Shown: positions 1 through 9,913, numbered from the stretch's first letter. The stretch: 64,000 nucleotides of DNA from Vicingaceae bacterium (GCA_028336925.1 JAOKVV010000003.1:21818-85817), one strand, 5' to 3'. Program-made: numbers and translations. Notes: generated by a model not told the origin, from the sequence alone.

Positions 1-1612
1 TTTCAAAACGTTCATAAATTTTATAAATAGCCGTATCTGTTATTTCCTTTTCAGGTGCTTTTTCCTTTCCATCTTTCGGTTCTTTTTCTCTTAAGAAAAT
101 GTATCCTAAATAAGGGGTTATCGTTAATGCGACGAACAATGAAAGAATCATGGCAATAGAAGCTCCGATTGGCATTGGAGACATGTAAGGGCCCATTAAT
201 CCTGACACAAATGCCATTGGCAATACAGAAGCAATCACGGTAAACGTGGCTAAAATAGTTGGGTTACCCACTTCATTAATTGCATATAAAGCCGCTTGTT
301 TAAATGGCAATCGCTTCATTTTGAAGTGTCGGTGCATGTTCTCAGCGATAATAATGGAATCATCCACCACAATACCTGTCACAAACACCAAGGCAAAAAG
401 CGTAATTCTATTTAAAGTATAATCCAATAAATAGTAACTCAATAGTGTCAACGCAAAGGTAACAGGAACTGATAGAAATACCACTAATCCACCTCTCCAG
501 CCCATTGCCAACATTACCACAATTGTAACTGCTACAATGGCACCAATCAAGTGCATCAATAATTCAGATACTTTTTGTGAAGCAGTTTCTCCATAGTTTC
601 GGGTTACCTCAACGAATACATCATTTGGGATTAAGGTGGCTTTTAAACCTTCCACTTTATCCAAAATTACATCTGCAATTTTCATTGCATCAGCACCTTT
701 CCGCTTAGCGATAGAAAGCGTAACTGCAGGATATTCCGATGGGAAATCAGCAACCTTCTCATTGGCTTGTCCAAAACCCAACTGAACATAAGTAGTAGGA
801 ATTTCAGGACCATCAACGACCTCAGCTACTTGCTTTAAGTAAATAGGTTGATTTTGCTGTACGCCAATTACTAGATTTTCAACATCCTCTACAGTCGATA
901 AAAACAAACCAGTTTCTACCGTGAATTCTTGATCATTTTTGGTAATATTTCCGCTACTTAATTGCTGATTATTCGATTTTAGCATTTCTGCTACAGCCAA
1001 AAAATCTAACCCCGAAGCTGCTAACTTGGCCGGATTTAAAACCACTCGCATTTCTCGGTTTCTACCACCAATTAAATGCGTCGCGGAAACATCATTTACT
1101 TTCTTTATTTCATCGTTCAGCTCTTGGGCAATTTGTTTGATTTGAAAATCATCATAATTTTCGCTCCAAAGCGTTAAACTCAACATCGGCACATCATCAA
1201 TAGATCTCGCTTTTACCAATGGCATGGTTACACCTTTTGGCAATTGATCCATGTGCTTATTCATCTCGGTGTACAACTTCACGAATGAGCGCTCTATATC
1301 CTCCCCCACATAATATTGCACGATAATCATCGCCTGCTCTTTCATGGATGTAGAATACACATATTCCACTCCCTTGATGTTGGAAATCATTTTTTCTAAT
1401 GGCTGAGAAACTCTCGATTCCACCTCTTCTGGGCTTGCACCTGGGTAACCAATAAATATATCGGCCATCGCTACATCAATCTGTGGCTCTTCCTCTCTCG
1501 GTATCAGAAATGAACTGTATACACCAACCACCATAAAGACAACCATCAACAACACTGTTAATTTAGAGTTGATGAATATTTTGGCGATTCTACCTGCTAA
1601 TCCTTCTTTCAT
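1..1612 (-). CDS. RND efflux transporter permease subunit (AcrB/AcrD/AcrF family), 5' part; runs off the window edge
   Basis: Not in the ORF track. Manual translation from ATG at 1612: MKEGLAGRIAKIFINSK...PREEEPQIDV...YPGASPEEVESRV...GIVVDDSIIIAEN (RND TM4 DD motif). Lies directly downstream of MFP and TolC genes. Confidence 0.95.
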   Translation of the reverse strand, partial: MKEGLAGRIAKIFINSKLTVLLMVVFMVVGVYSSFLIPREEEPQIDVAMADIFIGYPGASPEEVESRVSQPLEKMISNIKGVEYVYSTSMKEQAMIIVQYYVGEDIERSFVKLYTEMNKHMDQLPKGVTMPLVKARSIDDVPMLSLTLWSENYDDFQIKQIAQELNDEIKKVNDVSATHLIGGRNREMRVVLNPAKLAASGLDFLAVAEMLKSNNQQLSSGNITKNDQEFTVETGLFLSTVEDVENLVIGVQQNQPIYLKQVAEVVDGPEIPTTYVQLGFGQANEKVADFPSEYPAVTLSIAKRKGADAMKIADVILDKVEGLKATLIPNDVFVEVTRNYGETASQKVSELLMHLIGAIVAVTIVVMLAMGWRGGLVVFLSVPVTFALTLLSYYLLDYTLNRITLFALVFVTGIVVDDSIIIAENMHRHFKMKRLPFKQAALYAINEVGNPTILATFTVIASVLPMAFVSGLMGPYMSPMPIGASIAMILSLFVALTITPYLGYIFLREKEPKDGKEKAPEKEITDTAIYKIYERFE

Positions 1613-1633
1613 AACTTTGTTCTTTTCTAACGC

Positions 1634-2713
1634 TTAATAAACTAATGGAGCACCGTTATACAACTTGCTCTCGGCTGATAAAATCAATTGCTCTCCCGCA
1701 GACAAACCAGATAAAACTTCTACTTTCCCATCTGAAGTCTGACCCAATTTCAACCATCTTAAAATGGCCGTATTTTGTTGGCTTACAGTATAAACTCCCG
1801 AGAGTTGTCCTCTCGTTACAATAGCATTTTTTGTAATAAACAATGCTTCATTTTCAGTCAATTCACCCTGAATTTGAGCGCTAACTGTGGCATACATTCC
1901 TGAACGCACTTTTGGGTTATTTTCATTTATTACCGCACGTATCGCATATTGTCCACCAGTATTTTTAGAGGAACCACTCACTTCTGTGATTACTCCTTTT
2001 AATTCTGTATCAATTGAATTGATATAAATAATGGTCTCAGCTCCTTGCTTTACTGATTGAATATCACTTTCAGGAACCATTGCCGTTACTTCCATTTTTC
2101 CTGGCTGCTCTATTCCTAATAAAGGCATTCCCGGATTGGCCATATCGCCAACTTCTATAAATCTGTTAGTGATTACACCATCAAAAGGGGCTGTCAAATT
2201 CACATATTGCAACTGTGCAATTACTTCTCGTTGTTGTTGTTTCGCACCTTCTAATTGTGATTTCATCATTTCATATCTGGTCGACATATCGTCCATTTCC
2301 TTTTGAGAAATACTGTTCGACTTCATCAAACTTTGAAATCGTTTATAATCTTTCTCTGCATTTTCAAACCCTGCATCAGCTGCTGCAATAGCGGCCTTTA
2401 CCTGAGCAATTTTTGCTTGCAAATCAGCATTATTGATAATCATTAGCAATTGTCCTTTTTTAACCTTATCACCAACTTTCACCTTTACTTGATCCACAAA
2501 ACCCATCATTCGGGTGCTGATATTGGCAGAATTAGCCGCAACAATCTTCCCATTAAAATTTAACTTAGAAAGTCTGTTCGGGCTAGCGACTTCGATCACT
2601 TCTACTTTTACAGGATCTAGCGCTACAGCCGTTTTAGTTTCTTCTTTATTTCCACAGCTGTAAAGTGAGATTGCCATTATTGCAATTGCTGCTGTAATTA
2701 TTGTTGTTTTCAT
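1634..2713 (-). CDS. RND efflux periplasmic adaptor (membrane fusion protein), lipoprotein
   Basis: Lipobox-like LYSC, lipoyl-like motifs VKVKVGDKVKKGQLL and APFDGVI, coiled-coil hairpin, C-terminal VEVLSGLSAGE. Confidence 0.95.
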   Translation of the reverse strand: MKTTIITAAIAIMAISLYSCGNKEETKTAVALDPVKVEVIEVASPNRLSKLNFNGKIVAANSANISTRMMGFVDQVKVKVGDKVKKGQLLMIINNADLQAKIAQVKAAIAAADAGFENAEKDYKRFQSLMKSNSISQKEMDDMSTRYEMMKSQLEGAKQQQREVIAQLQYVNLTAPFDGVITNRFIEVGDMANPGMPLLGIEQPGKMEVTAMVPESDIQSVKQGAETIIYINSIDTELKGVITEVSGSSKNTGGQYAIRAVINENNPKVRSGMYATVSAQIQGELTENEALFITKNAIVTRGQLSGVYTVSQQNTAILRWLKLGQTSDGKVEVLSGLSAGEQLILSAESKLYNGAPLVY

Positions 2714-2725
2714 ATCTCGATTCTA

Positions 2726-4039
2726 TTAATTCTTTAGTAAAAATGTAAGTGTAGATTGTGCCATATTATAGGCGAAAATAGATTGGTAATACGCCAACTG
2801 CATTTGGGCATATTGAGTTTCAGCCATCAATAAATCGGTGGTTTTCTCCAATCCTTCTTTAAAGCGATTCGTTCGAATTCTCAATACTTCTTTGGCTTGC
2901 TGTTGCGCTAACTGTGCTGTTTCAAACTGATGTTGCGCATCAGCTAATTGCCGCTTAGCTTGATTTATTTCTAACTTACTTTGAGAAACATATTGCTCAT
3001 ATTCTAGCGTTGCTTTTTGGCTATTGGCTCCACTTTGTTTGGTTTTACCGATTCGCTTAGCGCCTTCAAAAACAGTCCAACTCAGTTGAGCACCTAGTAA
3101 ATAACCATTTGCATCAGCACGAAATAATTCATCATCATATAATTCATAACTACCAAAAGCATTTAATCGTGGTAAGAAGCTCATTTTATCCGACTGATGC
3201 ATTTGCTTATAAGCATCTGTTGCTAAACTCATCGCCTGAATATCTGCTCTATTTTCAGACAATTCAGTTATTCCATTATCGATTAACTGAATGGCTAAAC
3301 TATCCGTTGGTTGAAAAATAGCTTCCGGTGATTGATTCATAATAAAACCCAAGTAATCAGAAGCGTTCTGCCATTGAGACTCTGCCATTTTAAGTTGATC
3401 TTTCAGCTGATTCACTTGAATTTGAACAGATAAAAAGTCAGCTTGCTGCATGTAACCAGCATCCAAGTTATCTTTCGCTACTTTTTGATTGGCCTCAGCT
3501 GTAGCTACTGCTTGTTGCATTACTGCTACTGCTTTGTGTGCTAATTGCAATTGCATATACGCCTTATCTACCTTTAAATAAACATAATCAATCGATCGAT
3601 CCCACTGTAATTTAGTGGCTTGCATTTGAGTTTTAGCCGCTTTCCGCTGATAAAATCCGTCCACATTAATAAGTGGCTGCTCAAAAGCAACTCTAGTGGC
3701 ATAGTTTTCAATCTGATCAGGATCGTTCAATAGCGTAGTATTGAAATCTGCTGCTGATAAAACTTCTTGATTTAACTTAGAACCAAAGGCCATTAAAGGG
3801 TTTGTGGTAACCATAGCTGTATGAGAAACAGAAATGGTAGGGAGAATTACTGAGTTAGCCTGACTAAAACCGGCCTTCGCGCTCTTATAATTCTGTTCTG
3901 CAATTTTTATTGATCTATTCTGTGCATCCACTTTAGTGAGCACTTCTGCTTTTGTAATTGGAATTTGCTCTGACGACTGCGCAAAAAGCGCCACCGAAGC
4001 CATTCCGAAAGTCCATATTAATAGGTGTTTCTTCATCAT
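2726..4039 (-). CDS. TolC family outer membrane efflux protein
   Basis: Signal peptide, two OEP-like halves (LPTIS..., LPRLNAFGSY..., RFKEG..TTDLLMAE), first gene of a TolC-MFP-RND operon. Confidence 0.93.
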   Translation of the reverse strand: MMKKHLLIWTFGMASVALFAQSSEQIPITKAEVLTKVDAQNRSIKIAEQNYKSAKAGFSQANSVILPTISVSHTAMVTTNPLMAFGSKLNQEVLSAADFNTTLLNDPDQIENYATRVAFEQPLINVDGFYQRKAAKTQMQATKLQWDRSIDYVYLKVDKAYMQLQLAHKAVAVMQQAVATAEANQKVAKDNLDAGYMQQADFLSVQIQVNQLKDQLKMAESQWQNASDYLGFIMNQSPEAIFQPTDSLAIQLIDNGITELSENRADIQAMSLATDAYKQMHQSDKMSFLPRLNAFGSYELYDDELFRADANGYLLGAQLSWTVFEGAKRIGKTKQSGANSQKATLEYEQYVSQSKLEINQAKRQLADAQHQFETAQLAQQQAKEVLRIRTNRFKEGLEKTTDLLMAETQYAQMQLAYYQSIFAYNMAQSTLTFLLKN

Positions 4040-4086
4040 AAAATAAATTATGATGCGAAGTTCCGTTTAAGAGCAGTGTTCAGTCA

Positions 4087-4100
4087 GTAACCTTTGTTAC
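4087..4100 (-). promoter_or_regulatory. Palindrome GTAAC-CTTT-GTTAC upstream of tolC; candidate Crp/Fnr site
   Basis: Perfect GTAAC-N4-GTTAC, 23 bp upstream of a degenerate -7 box (GAACTTCG on minus strand, 4056-4063). Same motif precedes three other genes of the cluster. Confidence 0.75.
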
Positions 4101-4309
4101 CGAGAAGAAGAAAATAAAGATCTTTGCAGTTTTATAAAGAATTAATAGGAGGGCAATTTGCTTTAAATCTATATAGTCCTATTTAAATTTTTGAATAGAG
4201 TATGAATTTATTTGGCTCAATGAGTTTTTGTTGGAATATAATGGTTCCATAATGTTCTTTTGTCTTGAAACAAAATGAACCAAAAATTCAAGTAATTCAC
4301 TGTTGTCCG

Positions 4310-4364
4310 ATTAAAAATTATTGAATCGAAAACGAATGCTAATTTTATGATGTCACTTCAATTT
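4310..4364 (+). repeat. Left copy of a ~55-bp imperfect inverted repeat bracketing the GH81 gene; contains GAAAACGAATGC
   Basis: Manual alignment to the reverse complement of 9143-9194 gives 46 identical columns of 55 (3 single-base gaps). Confidence 0.7.
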
Positions 4365-4512
4365 TTATTTTTGGGTGTTCGTGAACCTTCGATTACGTTT
4401 TTTATTAGTCTCTTATCAATTAAATGATAGTAAAATAAAAAGGTATGATACTTTTAGTTATTTTTACCATAATGAACACATTCTAAATTTACATTATATT
4501 TAATTTCAACAT

Positions 4513-7500
4513 ATGACTATTTCTACTAAATTCTTAAAAGGATTACTTTCGATAGTACTTTCGTTCATTACCTATTCAAATTGTTTTTCACAACATGTGG
4601 CAATAGGCAGTGGAGGTTATTCAACTAGCTTTCCTGGAACAGATGCTGCAGGTAGAAATTCATACCCTTCAGGAACGCCATACACAATTGGCACTGCAGC
4701 AAGCAAGCCTGCCCCAACAAATGATTGGTGGTCTGCTAAAATAAAGAATGCACATGCAGACAATCTATTCAACTATCCTTTTACCATGAAGACGAAGAAT
4801 TCAGGCTTAGTAACCACCTATATTCCATGGGGAGTTATTGACAATATTGAGCCTGTAATTGTAGGAGTTACAGGATTAAATGCATCCGCTGCGAAAGTTT
4901 CTAACTTTAGTGATTGGACTGTAACATTAGACTGGCAAAATTCAAATCATCATTTTTCAGCAACAACAGGAATTGGGATGCCGTTTATTTATTTTGAAAA
5001 AGATTCTACTGATATAGCACAAATAGAAGTTAATCAGGGCACTGCTACAATTTCTTCTGAACTATTAGTAATTAACAACCTAAGGAATGGAGCTGATTTT
5101 GTGATTTATGCTCCATCAGGAAGTACCTGGATTAAAAATGGCAACACTTATACCTCTTCGTTAAATGGCAAGAATTATTGGTCCTTAGCCTTTATTCCGC
5201 TTAACTCAACTAACACTACAGCAACAGCTAATCTTTACAAGAAATATGCTTATGTATTTCCTACTAATACAACAACAACATGGAACTACAATCAAAGTAA
5301 TGGTGAGGTTACCACCAATTTTAATGTAGCTACGGACGTAAAAGAAGGAACAGATACTAATATGCTTATTGGCCTTCTACCACATCAATGGAATAACCTA
5401 AGTTCAACTTCAGCTCAACCAACAGGGTTATCCTATTCAACTATTAGAGGGGAGCTAAAAACATTAGCAGGAAATTCATTTCAGGTATCAAATACTTTCT
5501 ATGGAATTTTACCAACCTTACCCTATTTAGACCATTACAGCAACAATTTCAACCCGGGTGATATGCAAAATAAGGTAGATGGCATAAAAAATGATGCACT
5601 TGATACCTGGACAGATTCATATAATGAAGGACAAGTAATGAATCGTTTGATTCAAACAGCAAGAATTGCTGATCTTATGGGAGATACAGCATCTGTAAAT
5701 ACGATTGTTCATACCGTAAAAGATCGGCTTGAGGATTGGCTGAAATCTGAACCTGGTGAAATAGCATTTCTTTTTTATTATAATACCACTTGGAGCAGTT
5801 TAATTGGTTACCCAGCAGGACATGGTCAGGATGGTAACCTTAATGACCATCATTTCCATTGGGGGTATTTTATACATGCTGCAGCCTTTTTAGAACAATT
5901 CCAACCTGGATGGGCTAGCAACTGGGGACCAATGGTAAATTTATTAGTCCGCGATGCTGCAAGTTCAGACCGAAACGACCCTTCATATCCATTTCTTAGA
6001 AATTTTAGCCCTTATGCGGGACACTGTTGGGCAAATGGATTCGCAAGTTTCCCACAAGGTAATGATCAAGAATCCACATCAGAAAGTATGCAATTCAACT
6101 CATCCTTAATTCATTGGGGAAGCATAACAGGAAATACCGCTATTCGAGATTTAGGTATTTATCTTTACACTACCGAACAATCAGCAATTGAAGAGTACTG
6201 GTTTGATGTATATAATCGCAATTTTCAAAGCAGCCAACAATATAGCTTAGTTTCAAGAGTATGGGGAAATAGCTATGATAATGGAACTTTTTGGACAAGT
6301 GATATTGCAGCATCTTACGGAATAGAAATGTACCCAATACATGGTGGATCTCTTTATTTAGGTCATGACACTACTTATGTAAATCAACTTTGGAATGAAA
6401 TTGAAACTAATACAGGAATATTAAGCAATCAAGTTAACCCAAACCTTTGGCATGATGTATATTGGCAGTATTTATCTTTCATAAACCCATCAAAAGCAAT
6501 ACAGTTGTATGATTCATATCCAAATAGAAATTTAAAATTTGGGGTTTCAGATGCGCAAACATACCATTGGCTGCATGCAATGAATGTTTTGGGAAATGTG
6601 GATGCAACAATTACTTCTGACCACCCGATTGCAGCTGTATTTAAAAAAGGAAATAACAAAACATACACCGCTCACAATTACAGTAATAATCCTATTACGG
6701 TAACTTTCTCAGATTCTTACACTTTACAAGTACCGGCAAATAGCATGGCTACAAGTCGAGATATTAATGTAGAAGGTCTTCTGACTAGCGATTTTAATGA
6801 AGTATATCCAAATGGTAGTTTACCTCTAAAACTATCAATAAATGCGGGAACGCCAACTAAAGTTGAATTTTTGCAGGACGGAATACTAATAGGACAAGAT
6901 ACAGCTGCACCATTTGAATTTACTGCTACTAATCTAACATCAGGTAAGCATAGATTTTATGCAAGAATCTACGTTGGCAATGAATTTAAATTATCTAATA
7001 TTCTTACCATTTTTTCAGGAGACCAAATACCTTTTTCAGGAACACCTATAATTATTCCCGGAACTATTGAAGCAGGTAATTATGATGTTTTTGAGGGTGG
7101 TTCAGGTGATGGCATTTCTTATCAAGATAATGATCGAAATAACAACGGCGATTACAGAACAAATGAAGCTGTTGACGCCACAAATGATCCTGTTGAAGGT
7201 AAAATAGTTGGCTGGATAAATAAAGGTGAATGGTTAGAATATACAATTGATGTTCAAACCCCAGGGTTTTACAATGTATCAATTCGTTACGCCAGCGGAA
7301 ACACTGCAGGTGGTGGACCATTTCATTTAATTTTGGGAACAGACACTCTTAGATCATTTAATAATTTAACGCACACAGGTGGATGGAATACATGGAATAC
7401 TAGATCATTAAATTTTGTACCTCTAAAGAGCGGTGTACAAACAATTCGTATTGCTTTTGGTGGAGGAGAATTCAACCTAGGCCGATTAAACTTTAATTTA

Positions 7501-8649
7501 ACATCGACTTTTCCATACAGTCAACCTATAGCTAATGCAGGTTCTAATCAATTAATTCAATTACCAAATACAAGCACAACACTAAATGGTAGTCTAAGTG
7601 TTGACCCCTATGCAGGTAATTTAAATTATAGATGGGCTCAGGTGTATGGACCATCTGTTTTAGGATTTAATAATAATACATTAGCCCAGCCAACAATTAC
7701 AGGCTTAATAGAAGGTGTTTATAAAATTAAGTTAATCGTAGACAATGGTAGTTATTTCGATGATGATGAAGTTTATATTATATCAAGTAATAGTAATAAC
7801 GTGGCACCTAAAGTTTCAATAATAGAACCTTTTGAAGGCTCAAGATTCATAGAATATGACACAATTCAAATAGCCGCAATCGCATCTGATTTAAATGATA
7901 CCGTTGCAAGTGTAAGTTTTTATGCCAACAATCAACTAATAGGAACCGACAACCAGCCGCCGTATTTAATAAATTGGATCCCGGCATGGGGGAACTACTC
8001 ATTAACGGCAATAGCAAATGATCAATTGGGAGCAAGCAGTAGTTCAGGTGCAGTGAATATTATAGTTCAAGAAGCTCCTTCATGCCTCGATACTTCGTCG
8101 AATGGAGAATTTATGTATGAATTTTCACCAGCTAACAACAACCCAACTTTGACCTTTATTCCATTGATTGCAGGTTCAGGGAGCCCAACTTGTATTTTGT
8201 ATTATGGAACCTCAACTAGCGGCCCTCTACCAGGCTATAATGTGACTCCAAATGTTCCTTTTAGAATCAATGCAAGTCAAGGTTCTACGGTTTACTTCTA
8301 TTACACCTATTCTTATCCGGGTGCAGGGCAGCATGACAATTCAGCCAATAAAGATTCGTATAAAATTGGTACTTGCAGGATAGCTACAGGAATAAGTAAA
8401 CAGGATATATCAATTCCAGAAATTTCATTTTATCCAAACCCGGTAAGTGATGTACTTACCATCAATCTGCCAAATTCGGGTAACCAAAATTCGATCCTAA
8501 TTTATGATTCTAAAAGAATACTTATCGATAAAATTCAAACATCTGAATTAACCGTTGAATATTCAATGCACAATTTAAGCAGTGGGATTTATTTCTTTAA
8601 TTGGACAAATAATGAACAAACAAAAACTTTTAAAGTAATTAAGAAGTAA
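4513..8649 (+). CDS. Secreted GH81 endo-beta-1,3-glucanase with Ig-like, CBM6-like and PKD-like domains and T9SS C-terminal sorting domain
   Basis: GH81 motifs PTNDWWS, NDHHFHWGY and NDQESTSES. CBM6-like VGWINKGEWLEY...TGGWNTW. PKD-like PIANAG...LNGSLSVDP. C-terminal FYPNPVSD...LSSGIYF...FKVIKK. Confidence 0.9.
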   Translation: MTISTKFLKGLLSIVLSFITYSNCFSQHVAIGSGGYSTSFPGTDAAGRNSYPSGTPYTIGTAASKPAPTNDWWSAKIKNAHADNLFNYPFTMKTKNSGLVTTYIPWGVIDNIEPVIVGVTGLNASAAKVSNFSDWTVTLDWQNSNHHFSATTGIGMPFIYFEKDSTDIAQIEVNQGTATISSELLVINNLRNGADFVIYAPSGSTWIKNGNTYTSSLNGKNYWSLAFIPLNSTNTTATANLYKKYAYVFPTNTTTTWNYNQSNGEVTTNFNVATDVKEGTDTNMLIGLLPHQWNNLSSTSAQPTGLSYSTIRGELKTLAGNSFQVSNTFYGILPTLPYLDHYSNNFNPGDMQNKVDGIKNDALDTWTDSYNEGQVMNRLIQTARIADLMGDTASVNTIVHTVKDRLEDWLKSEPGEIAFLFYYNTTWSSLIGYPAGHGQDGNLNDHHFHWGYFIHAAAFLEQFQPGWASNWGPMVNLLVRDAASSDRNDPSYPFLRNFSPYAGHCWANGFASFPQGNDQESTSESMQFNSSLIHWGSITGNTAIRDLGIYLYTTEQSAIEEYWFDVYNRNFQSSQQYSLVSRVWGNSYDNGTFWTSDIAASYGIEMYPIHGGSLYLGHDTTYVNQLWNEIETNTGILSNQVNPNLWHDVYWQYLSFINPSKAIQLYDSYPNRNLKFGVSDAQTYHWLHAMNVLGNVDATITSDHPIAAVFKKGNNKTYTAHNYSNNPITVTFSDSYTLQVPANSMATSRDINVEGLLTSDFNEVYPNGSLPLKLSINAGTPTKVEFLQDGILIGQDTAAPFEFTATNLTSGKHRFYARIYVGNEFKLSNILTIFSGDQIPFSGTPIIIPGTIEAGNYDVFEGGSGDGISYQDNDRNNNGDYRTNEAVDATNDPVEGKIVGWINKGEWLEYTIDVQTPGFYNVSIRYASGNTAGGGPFHLILGTDTLRSFNNLTHTGGWNTWNTRSLNFVPLKSGVQTIRIAFGGGEFNLGRLNFNLTSTFPYSQPIANAGSNQLIQLPNTSTTLNGSLSVDPYAGNLNYRWAQVYGPSVLGFNNNTLAQPTITGLIEGVYKIKLIVDNGSYFDDDEVYIISSNSNNVAPKVSIIEPFEGSRFIEYDTIQIAAIASDLNDTVASVSFYANNQLIGTDNQPPYLINWIPAWGNYSLTAIANDQLGASSSSGAVNIIVQEAPSCLDTSSNGEFMYEFSPANNNPTLTFIPLIAGSGSPTCILYYGTSTSGPLPGYNVTPNVPFRINASQGSTVYFYYTYSYPGAGQHDNSANKDSYKIGTCRIATGISKQDISIPEISFYPNPVSDVLTINLPNSGNQNSILIYDSKRILIDKIQTSELTVEYSMHNLSSGIYFFNWTNNEQTKTFKVIKK

Positions 8650-9142
8650 TCCCATTGATAATTTTGTCTTAATCATTAATCACTAATGTTGAATAAAAAA
8701 ACAAAAGTTCAAGGCTGTGAATAAATTATGTTGAATTTATTGCTATACCTAAGCTCGTAGGCTGATTTCCTGCTATTCATTGGAATTTCTATACTAGAAT
8801 AAGGCTAACCATTTAAATTGACCTACCAATTCTTTAAAGCCTGTCAAATTGAAAATTATAAGAGTATATCGATTAATAGATAACATTAAGGTATTCTCTT
8901 ATAATTTAACCTTCTGTTTTTTAGAACAAATGCCCTTAAGATGTCTACAAGAATTTCGAATTTGAGCCTTAAAAAGTTTGATGCCAGTTAACTTCTCTAA
9001 TGTCCTTATTTTTCAACTTTTTTAAAATATATAAGTATCCTTAATGGAATAATATGTTGATTTATTTTGGAATTGTGCCCATTAGTGTTCAAAAGGCAGG
9101 AAAACAAAAGAGCATTACAAAACCTTTATATTCCATTAACAT

Positions 9143-9194
9143 AAATTCAAGAAACAACATAAATTAGCAATCGTTTTGATTAACAATTTTTAAT
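9143..9194 (-). repeat. Right copy of the inverted repeat bracketing the GH81 gene; contains CAAAACGATTGC on the minus strand
   Basis: Reverse complement aligns with 4310-4364 (46/55). Confidence 0.7.
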
Positions 9195-9313
9195 TATAAA
9201 ACATTACTATTTAGCTTATTATGGTTTTGCTATAAAAATAATATTCCTGTATTTTATTATCTAAATTGGAACAATTTTGTACTATATCTCAATTATATTC
9301 AAAGTGATTTATA

Positions 9314-9745
9314 TTACTTCTTTTTATGTTCTTCAAAATCTCCTGGCCCTTCTATTTGATTGTTATAAATATAATCGGCTATTTTTTTCAATGTCTCTTC
9401 AGGAAAAGCTTGCTGTGGCATCAAACCAAAATTAGCAATAGCTCCTGGCATTCTAGCTTTCAATTTTGTTGGGTGTAATATGAATGATACAAAAGCTCTA
9501 GTAAACTCTTCTTCAGTGGTTCCTTCTTTAATATAATGTCCCTTAACGTATTGCATAGGTGGTGCTATTCTTCCTGTTTCTCTTGTAGGATGATGGCACA
9601 CATAACAGTTTTTCTTTAATAAAATCTCCCCTTCGTGAACTGTTTCCTGCATCGGGTTATCTGCGAATTGCTCAGCATTATTTGTGGTATTACTACACGC
9701 CATAAAGGCAGCTATTCCTAGTATAGCGACGATGAACTTTTTCAT
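9314..9745 (-). CDS. Monoheme c-type cytochrome lipoprotein
   Basis: Lipobox FMAC, heme motif CYVCH, candidate distal Met in GLMP. Confidence 0.88.
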   Translation of the reverse strand: MKKFIVAILGIAAFMACSNTTNNAEQFADNPMQETVHEGEILLKKNCYVCHHPTRETGRIAPPMQYVKGHYIKEGTTEEEFTRAFVSFILHPTKLKARMPGAIANFGLMPQQAFPEETLKKIADYIYNNQIEGPGDFEEHKKK

Positions 9746-9799
9746 TAGTCGAGGTTTGAAATTAAAAAATAAAGATACGGGTTAAGTTTATCACAAAAA

Positions 9800-9813
9800 G
9801 TAACCTAAGTTGC
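9800..9813 (-). promoter_or_regulatory. Palindrome GTAAC-CTAA-GTTGC upstream of the cytochrome c gene; candidate Crp/Fnr site
   Basis: 9/10 match to GTAAC-N4-GTTAC; 22 bp from -7-like TATCTTTA (minus strand, 9770-9777). Confidence 0.7.
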
Positions 9814-9815
9814 AC

Positions 9816-9853
9816 AAAATAAGAGAGAGCAGCTCATATTGAGTTGCCCTCTC
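9816..9853 (-). terminator. Rho-independent terminator after the MBL-rhodanese gene
   Basis: Minus strand GAGAGGGCAACTCA-ATA-TGAGCTGCTCTCTC followed by TTATTTT. Confidence 0.75.
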
Positions 9854-9913
9854 CGAAAACCTAAAAACATTAAAAATTAAAGAGGAAACCACCCCTCAGT
9901 AAAATCCTACTTC

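Noticed and set aside
8650-9050. Possible hidden gene downstream of GH81
   Set aside because: Only short open stretches with no recognisable motif in the frames I read; a decayed gene cannot be supported without a homology search.
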